The translations under genes and the position numbers were made by a program. Positions 9,367 to 17,862 of a stretch of 64,000 nt of DNA are shown here, piece by piece. The notes below the pieces were generated by a model, which was not told the DNA's origin, did not search any database, and worked only from the letters and a program-made list of their open reading frames with translations. The DNA lies in the NCBI GenBank assembly GCA_963706285.1, contig CAVPLU010000003.1, positions 152,808-216,807 on the forward strand, given 5' to 3'. Numbering within the stretch: the first letter of the stretch is position 1; each line of letters begins with the position of its first letter. The stretch is from Candidatus Bathyarchaeota archaeon. Its GTDB lineage: Archaea > Thermoproteota > Bathyarchaeia > 40CM-2-53-6.

Positions 9367-9434
9367 CGAGCTCAAGTTCGCGTAAGTTCTTGTGTACAGC
9401 GTCATTACTTTCCTTTTTAACTTGAAGCAGCAGG

Positions 9435-10145
9435 ATGAAGCGCAGATCAACAATGCCCGAGAAACGGGTCATCGTGACTGACATTGACTACACACTGACT
9501 GATGCCGAGCTTAGGCTTGACCTTGGCGCCGCTCAGAAGATCAGAGAACTCGAAGAGCGGGGAGTCAAAGTGATTCTGGATAGTGGAAGGAACCTAGCCG
9601 CAACTGGATCGCTCGCACAGCTCATAGGCACCTCTGGCTTTCTTGTGGCCGAGAACGGAGGTGTCATCGCCAAGTATCAGACACCGATCAAGATTCTTGG
9701 TAGAATTGAAGACGCCCGCGCTGCGCTACGAATGCTTAGGAAGAGAATTGGTAACAAAGTAAGAGAGAGACCCGATAGCCGGCTCGGGATGCGGTTGTCA
9801 AGCGTCTCGTTGGAACGATCGCTCAACCCCGAGAAAGCCAGAGAACTGCTACAGAAAAGCAAGATGGGAATTGATCTCATCGACACCGGTGTCACTTACG
9901 TGCTCTTGGACGCTCGCTGTGACAAGGGGAATGCTCTTGCTCAGCTGGGACGACTGGCGAAGATACCATTGACTCATTCTACGGGGATCGGTGACAACTA
10001 CAATGACCTCAGCCTTTTTCGCGAAGTTGCGTACAAGATTGCGGTCGGAAATGCTCCGGAAGAAGTTAGGCAAGAAGCCGATTACGTTTGCAGGCGCACC
10101 TTTGGCAGAGGCTTCCTAGAGGCGGTAGAGCATACGGGACTCTGA
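9435..10145 (+). CDS. HAD-superfamily phosphoglycolate phosphatase (SPP-like)
   Basis: DIDYTLTD motif I, SGRN, AENGG, DKG, IGDNYND. Confidence 0.85.
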   Translation: MKRRSTMPEKRVIVTDIDYTLTDAELRLDLGAAQKIRELEERGVKVILDSGRNLAATGSLAQLIGTSGFLVAENGGVIAKYQTPIKILGRIEDARAALRMLRKRIGNKVRERPDSRLGMRLSSVSLERSLNPEKARELLQKSKMGIDLIDTGVTYVLLDARCDKGNALAQLGRLAKIPLTHSTGIGDNYNDLSLFREVAYKIAVGNAPEEVRQEADYVCRRTFGRGFLEAVEHTGL

Positions 10146-10162
10146 ATGCGTCATCGCTTGAC

Positions 10163-10264
10163 CGCTGAGGTCCTCACTAGAGGACTATGCTCAGTAGTCT
10201 CCTCAACCTCAGGTTCCTCTTGCTGTAGGAGCCGCGGGAGAGGAGCTCATCAAGTACCTCGGCG
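10163..10264 (-). ncRNA. Candidate box C/D-like small RNA
   Basis: Minus strand: terminal stem GCCGAGGT/ACCTCAGC, box C-like TGATGA (10252-10247), D' CTGA (10212-10209), C' TGAGGA (10205-10200), D candidates CTGA (10194-10191) or GTGA (10177-10174). TTTTTATA box at 10309-10302. Confidence 0.45.
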
Positions 10265-10446
10265 CTCATGGTTGTTCAACAGGCGGCACAAGGGTGATCG
10301 CTATAAAAAGGGGTTATTGAGCGAATCGATATGTCGAATGTCGAGTGTCCGCGTCCGCATTTCCATGCGAGCCTGATTGTTCATGGTCGGATGGTCTGAG
10401 ATCCGCTCGGCGAGCATCAGCTTGCCTGTCGCCATCGAAATCGTGT

Positions 10447-11287
10447 CTATCGTGTCTTGCTCTTCTCTCTGCGCTTGTAGAGGTAGTAGACCGGTGCTCC
10501 GATCGCTACGACAGGTACTAGGGATACTGCGAGAATTATGATTCCGCGAAGGATTGTGAAGAATCCCTGGACAGCTATCTCGAATGTCTCGCCCCAGTTC
10601 ATTCCCGGCGGCATGAAGGCGGGGAGTGGCTCAGTCAATGTGACTGAGATGAGTGACATCTCAGCGTTGCCTTCGAGATAGTTGATTTGGCCTTGCAGGC
10701 TATCTATTTCGCCTCTAATTCTTCCGAGTTCGGTCTCCACTCGGAGGATATCTTCAACCGTTTTCGCCATGTCTAGGATTTCTTGGAGGCGTTCTTCCTG
10801 TTTCTGCAGGTTGTTGAGTCTAGCTTTCAGATCGGTATACTGTTGAGTGATATCTTCGCTGTTCGTACTTTCGTCGAGGACTTTCCCATAGGCTTCTATC
10901 TGCTGAATGGAAGAGCGAAACTGGTCTTTCGGTACTCGAATGGCTATCTGAGCTATCGTTTGTGTACCGTAGGTTGAGCGTGATGAGCTGGCAACGTATC
11001 CACCATTGCCCTCCGCAAGCCCTCTGATCCTCTGAAGTGTTCCTTGAATGTCCTTGGTCTCGAGCGATACGTGTCCATTGTATATCACTACTCTTTCTTG
11101 GGATGTCGGTTGATCCTTCGCGGCTCCGCCGAATGGCGATGCCGCCTCGGTCATCGTTGCGAAGCCTGGTGGCGACTCCGGTCCGCATGATCGTGTTGGA
11201 CTGTGAGTAGAACACGCCGATGAAATAGGAGGCAACCAGAAGAATCACGATGCCACACGAAGTGACGAGTATCTTTCTTCGACTCAT
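10447..11287 (-). CDS. DUF4349-family membrane-anchored protein (frameshift near 11190)
   Basis: N-terminal TM (MSRRKILV...) in one frame; ERVVIYNG...IRVP...EDITQQYTDLKARL coiled coil and C-terminal TM in another. Confidence 0.78.
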
Positions 11288-11693
11288 TTCTCATCAACTC
11301 TGCATTGGTGGAACATGAATAAAGCGCTAGACCTTCGAACGTGCCGTTCAGAAAATAGAACAACCCAGAAATCACGGACTACCTGCAGAGGTTGCCTCGG
11401 AATCTTATGAGTTGAAATACGAGTATTCTTGAGCCGATACGCCTCAAAATGGCACGTTCAAAAGGATGGGTTCCACCCAGAAGAAGGTGCACCCACCCGA
11501 GCGCCGCAGTCAGCAGAGAGGAACGTCAACACGGATCCAATCCACGAGGAGGCAGACGGCATATGCAGACTGCCTATGGCTATCGTCAAGCGTTATCTAC
11601 GTCGGCGGCAAATGAGTTCTCTTCATTCACTAGAGAGTCAGTATCTCGCAACCTATATCCGCCCAGGTTCTTTGAGCGGATGGATGACCACTA

Positions 11694-12662
11694 GTGAGGA
11701 TCAAACCGGTGAAACCCAAAACGGCTCTTGATTGGCTGCTGAACAAGGACCAGCCATCCATCAGGTATCTTGCACTGACACAGCTGCTAGGGAGAACTCA
11801 GGACGATCCCGAAGTTCAATCAGCAGAGCGGATGATCTCTAAGATCGGATGGGCTGCGGACATCCTTGCCAAGCAGATGCCCGGCGGATCGTGGGTTGAT
11901 GAAGAGCGCCTGTACGTCCCGAAGTACGTGTCTACAAACTGGATGCTGCTCATCCTATCAGACCTAGGTCTAACAAAGGAGAATCCACAGATCTCCAAGG
12001 CCTGCGAGTTATGGATCAGAAGATTTGCAAAAAGAGACGGCGGATTTGGCGCGGACGGATGGAGCAAAAGCCATCTATGCATAGTGGGCAACACCGCGCG
12101 TGCCTTGGTGAAGTTCGGCTACGCCGACCACCCCAAAGTAACAAGCGCGTTCGAATGGCTGGTGAAGAATCAAGCGAAGAAGGGCGGCTGGTCATGTTTC
12201 GGGTCGGGGAGAAACTTAGACTCGTGGGAAGGCATGAGCGCATTCGCCGTATACCCACGCCAGAAGTGGACCAGAAGCATGAAACACTCCGTCGAAATGG
12301 GGGCAGAGTTCTATCTGGAAAGAGAAATGCACAAGCAAGGAGCACGCTACCGACCTTGGTACCGCTTCCACTACCCAGTCCACTATTATTACGATTTGCT
12401 CGTCGGCCTTGATTTCATCACAGCCCTAGGATACGGCGACGACAAGAGGCTGAAGGATGCGCTCTCACTACTCACAAAGAAGAGACGACGCGACGGGAAA
12501 TGGCTCCTCGACGCCGTCCATCCCGACCTTGAGGGATCTATGGCCAAATGGTACGAAAAAAGAAAGCCAACTTCATTTGCGCTCGAAAAACCGGGAGAGC
12601 CAAGCAAGATGATTACCCTCAGAGCTATGCAGGTGCTGAACAGGTCGAACAATTCGACATAG
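11694..12662 (+). CDS. Prenyltransferase/squalene-cyclase-like alpha-barrel protein
   Basis: QW-like repeats (KQMPGGSW, KNQAKKGGWSC, RRDGKW), FHYPVHYYYDLL, EKPGEPSKMITLRA. Confidence 0.72.
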   Translation: MRIKPVKPKTALDWLLNKDQPSIRYLALTQLLGRTQDDPEVQSAERMISKIGWAADILAKQMPGGSWVDEERLYVPKYVSTNWMLLILSDLGLTKENPQISKACELWIRRFAKRDGGFGADGWSKSHLCIVGNTARALVKFGYADHPKVTSAFEWLVKNQAKKGGWSCFGSGRNLDSWEGMSAFAVYPRQKWTRSMKHSVEMGAEFYLEREMHKQGARYRPWYRFHYPVHYYYDLLVGLDFITALGYGDDKRLKDALSLLTKKRRRDGKWLLDAVHPDLEGSMAKWYEKRKPTSFALEKPGEPSKMITLRAMQVLNRSNNST

Positions 12663-12676
12663 TGCTACTAAACGAA

Positions 12677-12920
12677 TGGTGGGGCCGGTGGGATTTGAAC
12701 CCACGACTTCTGGCCTCGCGGCTTTCGCTCGCGGGGACGCCAGCGCCCCAGGTTCACCGCCGTGTGCGGCTCTGGTATCCATTTGGCGACAATCGTTGTC
12801 TAGACCAAGCTTTTCGCGCACTTTTGTCAGTTCTAGCCCTTTCTAATTGACACTTCCATTATGGAAGCAAGTGCTAGACGAATGGGCTCCCTCTGATGTT
12901 CGATAGAAGGGATCGGCCCC
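12677..12920 (-). tRNA. tRNA-Pro(GGG) with five introns (7/8, 13/14, 20b/21 or 21/22, 30/31, 45/46); CCA encoded
   Basis: Six exons (7, 6, 10, 10, 15, 31 nt) join to a 79-nt cloverleaf: acceptor GGGGCCG/CGGCCCC, anticodon stem CCAGC/GCTGG, loop CTGGGGC, T-arm GTGGG-TTCAAAT-CCCAC. Every insert has BHB-like geometry. Confidence 0.88.
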
Positions 12921-13510
12921 ACGGTCTAGACTCCAGCCCCAGCGCTTGTAGCAACGTATCTACGTTTTAGCTTTGCGAAGAATCCGATAATGTTGAGTTG
13001 ACCTGTTTAGACCCTCATGTGCTCCTCACTCAAGCTTGGCTCGCCGCCTTGTTTTCCATCTGTTTCGTCATGTTTGTGGAAAACACAAGAACTGACCGCA
13101 ATCGAAATGGTAGAGATCAGTTAGAAGCGAGGTGAAGATTCTGCCCTTTTTTGGATAGTTCGACTCTTTCAGAGCGAAGTTCCAGTAATATGAGGGATGT
13201 TTCTGACTGCGATCGAGTGGTATGAGGCGGATCATGCCGTTCAAGGTCGGTCTTAATCCTCAGAACCACGTCCAAAGTGTCTTGAAGTCTCCGTTGAGTA
13301 TTTCCAAAGTACGTCCAACGACCGTGTTGGCTTGTTGACGATCGCAAATTCATGGTTAGTTTTCTGTTACGCGAAAGCTACTCAAGCCAAACCTAAATTC
13401 GGTTTGAATTCAAGAAAGCGCGGATGATTCATCAACGTCACACACATGGCAACGACTCCTCGCGTTCCATCATTCTTTCCTGACAAGTCTATTGATTGCC
13501 GTCACGAGCT

Positions 13511-14419
13511 CTAGACGGCTTGGGGTGTAGCATGTTGTTCTAGGAGGAGTGTCGGGTGGATCTTTTCGGCGTAAGCGAGAAGATCCTTGTACATGTCGAC
13601 GAAGTCAAATGAGAACGGGCAGACTCCCACGCATAGCCCGCATAGTGTGCATGCGGTCGTCTGTTCAGCGATCGACTTAATCTCACTCGCCGGGAGCGAC
13701 TTCTTGGAAAGCATCATGAGGTATCTTCTCAACTTCACTACTGGAGCTTCACTCTCAGCTTCGTCTGTTGCTTCATGAAGCGGACAGACTTCAATGCATC
13801 TTCCACAACGTCCACACGCGTCACTGAATCTCAGGAATACTGCCTGCCTCTTCTCAGCGCTCGTCAACCGCCATACCACTGTAGCCAACGCGTGCCTTAC
13901 AGCTCCGCCAAGAAACAGGGACGCAACGACCCAAACATACACGCTTGTCAGCTGGATAGCGGCAACCCACTTGAACGGATACGCGGTGAAGCTTTCAACT
14001 GCTACCACACCAAACACAGCGAACGCCTGCAATGTACCACTGACCGCGATGATTACCATGAAAGCTAAGTCCAGGTAGAACACTTTTCCATAGGCGAACC
14101 TGAAGTATCGGTTTGTCAAGTATCTTACAACAAATCCGATTCCGCCGATAACCAAAAAGACGCCGGTAATCCCATGCGCCCATACTATCAGCCAACCATA
14201 ACTATTGAAGACGCTCGCTAGAGCCGGTAGAAAGTTAGATGTCTCTTCAATTGCTCCTGTAATGATGGTTCCGTAGAGTCCGATATGAAATAGGAAATCA
14301 GCCATACCTACAATGAGGGACCTTCTGAAGAGCAGATCTAACAGACCTGGCTTCTCGAGACTAAACGAGGAGAGCCTGTACTTTCCTGCCTGAGATGCCG
14401 ACGACTCTCTACTCTTCAT
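13511..14419 (-). CDS. NarI/HdrE-like multi-TM domain fused to a 2x[4Fe-4S] (HdrC-like) domain
   Basis: About 4 TM helices with His residues (FHIG, WAHG, VRHA), then CGRCGRCIEVCP and CTLCGLCVGVCP. ATG overlaps the upstream stop (ATGA). Confidence 0.75.
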   Translation of the reverse strand: MKSRESSASQAGKYRLSSFSLEKPGLLDLLFRRSLIVGMADFLFHIGLYGTIITGAIEETSNFLPALASVFNSYGWLIVWAHGITGVFLVIGGIGFVVRYLTNRYFRFAYGKVFYLDLAFMVIIAVSGTLQAFAVFGVVAVESFTAYPFKWVAAIQLTSVYVWVVASLFLGGAVRHALATVVWRLTSAEKRQAVFLRFSDACGRCGRCIEVCPLHEATDEAESEAPVVKLRRYLMMLSKKSLPASEIKSIAEQTTACTLCGLCVGVCPFSFDFVDMYKDLLAYAEKIHPTLLLEQHATPQAV

Positions 14420-15162
14420 GGAGTCCCCTTCGGCTGACCTCTTAACCACTTAGCAACGTAGAGTGTTGTTCCGAGCACCATCGGAATCCACGCTAATCTA
14501 GAATACTTCATGAGGTCGGTGACCCACCTCGAATCGGCAGGATATTCATTCTTAACAACGGTCACGTCGGGGCTGTTCGCGATCTTCTCAAACGTATCCC
14601 GCGTGACGACGTATAGTGTGCTAGTTTCTCCCGAATAGAGTAGGACACCGTTCTTCTGCTCAGCGATTTTGGCTCCCTCCTCCAGTTTAGTATCATACAG
14701 GCCGAAGGATCTTGTGTTTGTAGGGCAGACATCGACGCAGTACGGATTCAGGCCCTTCTCTATTCGCTTGTAGCACATGTCACATTTGTAGATCCTTTTC
14801 TCTATTGGATTGTAGGTTATGGATTGGAATGGGCATTGGCTTACGCAGAGGAGGCATCCGATACATTTGTCCCTATCATACGTTACAGGGCCATAGTCAA
14901 GCTGAGTTATGGCATGAGTAATGCAAGCCTTGGCGCAGGGAGCATCAACACAGTGCAAACAGAGTTGAGGGACAGGGATTGAATCGCCGACCCAGGACAC
15001 CTTAGTATAGGTAGTTCCCACAGCGGACCAACCGAAGGATTCCTTATGGTACGTTTCACACCCAGCGATGCATTTCATGCAACCGATGCAGTTTGAAACG
15101 TCAACAAGGATAGCGTACTTTGGTTTCTGCGCTGACGCAGGTGAAATACTCAGTTGTTCCAA
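14416..15162 (-). CDS. Four-cluster Fe-S protein (DmsB/NrfC/HybA/FdnH-like) with C-terminal membrane anchor
   Basis: CIGCMKCIAGC, CLHCVDAPCAKAC, CIGCLLCVSQCPF, KCDMC...PYCVDVCPT; hydrophobic C-terminal helix. Confidence 0.85.
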   Translation of the reverse strand: MEQLSISPASAQKPKYAILVDVSNCIGCMKCIAGCETYHKESFGWSAVGTTYTKVSWVGDSIPVPQLCLHCVDAPCAKACITHAITQLDYGPVTYDRDKCIGCLLCVSQCPFQSITYNPIEKRIYKCDMCYKRIEKGLNPYCVDVCPTNTRSFGLYDTKLEEGAKIAEQKNGVLLYSGETSTLYVVTRDTFEKIANSPDVTVVKNEYPADSRWVTDLMKYSRLAWIPMVLGTTLYVAKWLRGQPKGTP

Positions 15163-15258
15163 TGAGGAATAACCCTGCTCCCGTGGCCGCGGAATACTGC
15201 AGAAAACGCCTTCTCGTAAAGGAGCGTAACCCTGACTGATGTTTCTCGGACGTCTTGT

Positions 15259-16728
15259 TCACTTCCTCTCTTTCGAAGCAAGATCGTACAATATCGTTTC
15301 AAGTGCAGTGCGAATAGTTTCCGGCGGTGGAGCGCATCCTGGAATAGTGAGATCCACCGTCACATAATCACTCAGAGGCCTTATCTCATCCTTCACCTCC
15401 GGGATCTCTTCCAGCGCTACGGGTTTGCGCGATTTGCGTGTGATGCTCTCAACGAGGCGTCGGTCGCCCGTGGGCAATACGCCGAAGACTGGACATGCGC
15501 CAAAGGCTACAAGATACCTTGCTTTCTCTCTCGCCTCTTTTACAGCTCTAACGTCTTCCTCTGTTCTGATCGACCCTACGACCAGTGCCACGTCGACAGG
15601 CTCGTATGCTTTCGCGCTCGTCACACTCAGCGCGAGGTCAACCTTGTGAGATAGAATATTGAGAACATCCTCTCTGAAGTTTGCTATCGTGCTCTCGCAA
15701 ACGCCGCAAAGAGCACACTTGACAACGGCTACATTCAGCTTTCCAGTTCTTCCTATCAGAAGCCGTCTTCGTCTGTCGTCATAGGATTTGGCAAATTGAA
15801 CAGACCCCAGAAAGGCGACCGCGATGGTAATCCATGGAACCCACTGCTTTGCCAGAACGTCGAAAGGAATCTCTTGTGTCGGTGGCGAAGGAAACGCCAA
15901 TGTTACAGAGACGGCGAATAGGGCATCATCAGCATCTGATCCATCCTGCACATGTCCAGCATGTATCAACAAGCCAAGCGTACTGTTAGGCATCTCGAAT
16001 TCTCCACTCAGAAGGATCGTTCCGTTTTTGGGGACTGCCTCTTCAGAATACACTTTGGAAAAGACTTGCTCCCCCGTGGCGCGGTCTGTTACATACACGT
16101 AGAGTCTATGGGATTCCGAGCCTGTATTCCGCAAGGTTACCTTCATCCCAACTGACCCTCCCGTCTTCGCTACCGAAGGAGAGTCCACGCTGACTATCGA
16201 TGCAGAACCACTCAAAACAGAACCGGAAGCGGACTTCACCCTAACGAGTGTCGATAAAATGTTACCGTCAGCGGCTAATGATATGACATACGTTCCAGGC
16301 TTGTCAGGAACCACCACTTTGAAGAGAGCGGTTACGACCCCAGGCCGAGAATCTTGATCCTGCGGAGAATCATCCTCGACCTTTTGAGGGTCGAATTTGA
16401 ATTGCACGTTGTCGGTCATGTCGGGCATCCATGCTATCACAGATGGAAGAATCCCCACAATTTGCTGTGGAGGCCGCTGGATCTCAATTAGAAATGAGAA
16501 AGATTTTCCACCGTCTGCATCAACAAGGAAAACGTTGTCTTCGCTGTCCCACTCAGTACCGTTAAGCCAGATGCCATCGCCAGTATTGTGACAATCACAT
16601 CCAGTCCCAATCATATAGCCCCAGGAAGGGTGAAGGAAAGGAGTTGCAGGTGAGACAAAGTTGCCAATGATGATCGCTGCAATAGCCAACGCGATCAGTC
16701 CAGTCATTGGTCTGGAAAAATGGGTCAT
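15259..16728 (-). CDS. Fusion protein: signal peptide, exported CxCH/Ig-like region, TM helix, hydrogenase small subunit (Oxidored_q6) domain
   Basis: N-terminal hydrophobic leader, GCDCH, beta-rich CARDB-like segment (VTLRNTG), TM WVPWITIAVAFLG, then CALCGVC, VVGSI, VAFGACPVFG, DLTIPGCAPPP. Confidence 0.78.
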   Translation of the reverse strand: MTHFSRPMTGLIALAIAAIIIGNFVSPATPFLHPSWGYMIGTGCDCHNTGDGIWLNGTEWDSEDNVFLVDADGGKSFSFLIEIQRPPQQIVGILPSVIAWMPDMTDNVQFKFDPQKVEDDSPQDQDSRPGVVTALFKVVVPDKPGTYVISLAADGNILSTLVRVKSASGSVLSGSASIVSVDSPSVAKTGGSVGMKVTLRNTGSESHRLYVYVTDRATGEQVFSKVYSEEAVPKNGTILLSGEFEMPNSTLGLLIHAGHVQDGSDADDALFAVSVTLAFPSPPTQEIPFDVLAKQWVPWITIAVAFLGSVQFAKSYDDRRRRLLIGRTGKLNVAVVKCALCGVCESTIANFREDVLNILSHKVDLALSVTSAKAYEPVDVALVVGSIRTEEDVRAVKEAREKARYLVAFGACPVFGVLPTGDRRLVESITRKSRKPVALEEIPEVKDEIRPLSDYVTVDLTIPGCAPPPETIRTALETILYDLASKERK

Positions 16729-17110
16729 CGAGGTGTTTCCTGCGCCATAGCCCGACCATGCAGTTGAAGTGCAACTATTATTTGCTGCGGTCACGAGAAA
16801 AGGCACGTCAAGATCAAGCTAGACGACGGCTCCTACGCTCGGCCTCAGTTGTCCCGTAATGATAATAGGCTTTTGCTCGGCCCTCTCAAAGCTCTGCGAC
16901 AAGTTCGATTGGATGGATGCTTGATAATTGGCAGACGAACTCACTTTCGATTTTTTTGAAGCGCCTTCGCCTAGTGCGCTAAAGAGAGGTCACGCGGACA
17001 GTGACGATCCGCGACGTGAAATGCTCCAATCCTCCTCATGGGACAAAATGCTGTTCAACTCTATGTCTTATATGACGACAAAGGAGTATGCTCCTACTGA
17101 GGTGTGTGCG

Positions 17111-17776
17111 TTGTTTTGTTCTTCTTGCGGTCAGCCAATTCCGGAAGGTTCCAGTTTCTGCACCAATTGTGGAGCTAGGATTGGTGCTACTCAGACGCCG
17201 GTCCCTGCCCCTGTAGCAGTCCAGCCGACTGCTGTCGGTTCTCCATTTGCGGGCAGAGAATTCATTATTGAGCAGAAGATTGTGGCGATGCGTGACACGT
17301 TCGGAATCAAAGACAGGAATGGTAACTTGCTTGCCTATGTGAAACGGAAGATAGCAAGTATAGGCCCACAGTTCTGGTTCGAATCACCTGACGGTACACG
17401 CCTTGGCGAAGTGAAAGGCAAAGTCGTCACAGTGCGACCAACCTTCGAAATCTACGATACTCAAAACCAGTTGCTGGCTGTAGTGAAGAAGAAAGTGATG
17501 AAGCTCATGGGTTCTGAGTGGTGGCTGGAAAACTCGTCCGGGCAGGAAATCGGGAGAATCAAAGGAAACATAACTGCACATGATTTCGCAATCCAATCAC
17601 CCACAGGCGCACCGATCGCTCAGATCACCAAGAAATGGGTCACCGTACGCGACTCCTATGGAGTTGAGATACTAGGCTCAGAGCTCGATCCATACGTGAT
17701 CTTAGCTTACGCTATCGCTATGGATCACGTTGAGTACAAGCAATCGTCAGGAGTCAAGATTGGCTTCGGCGTCTAG
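17111..17776 (+). CDS. Zinc-ribbon plus LURP-one/Tubby-C (scramblase-like) protein
   Basis: FCSSCG...FCTNCG, then IEQKIVAMRDTFGI...KKWVTVRDSYGVEI; TTG start after SD GAGGTG. Confidence 0.78.
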   Translation: MFCSSCGQPIPEGSSFCTNCGARIGATQTPVPAPVAVQPTAVGSPFAGREFIIEQKIVAMRDTFGIKDRNGNLLAYVKRKIASIGPQFWFESPDGTRLGEVKGKVVTVRPTFEIYDTQNQLLAVVKKKVMKLMGSEWWLENSSGQEIGRIKGNITAHDFAIQSPTGAPIAQITKKWVTVRDSYGVEILGSELDPYVILAYAIAMDHVEYKQSSGVKIGFGV

Positions 17777-17862
17777 CCACTCTCTGCAAGCACATGCACC
17801 CTTATGCGGCAAATGCCTCCGCGAAGCAAGATCGTCGGCAGTCTCTTCTTGTTCGACATGTC

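Noticed and set aside
11290-11693. ORFs 11429-11731 and 11449-11694
   Set aside because: No recognisable motifs, atypical composition, and overlap with the next gene; treated as intergenic.
13117-13353. 78-aa minus-strand ORF next to tRNA-Pro considered as an integrase remnant
   Set aside because: No tyrosine-recombinase motifs and no duplicated tRNA 3' end seen in the window.
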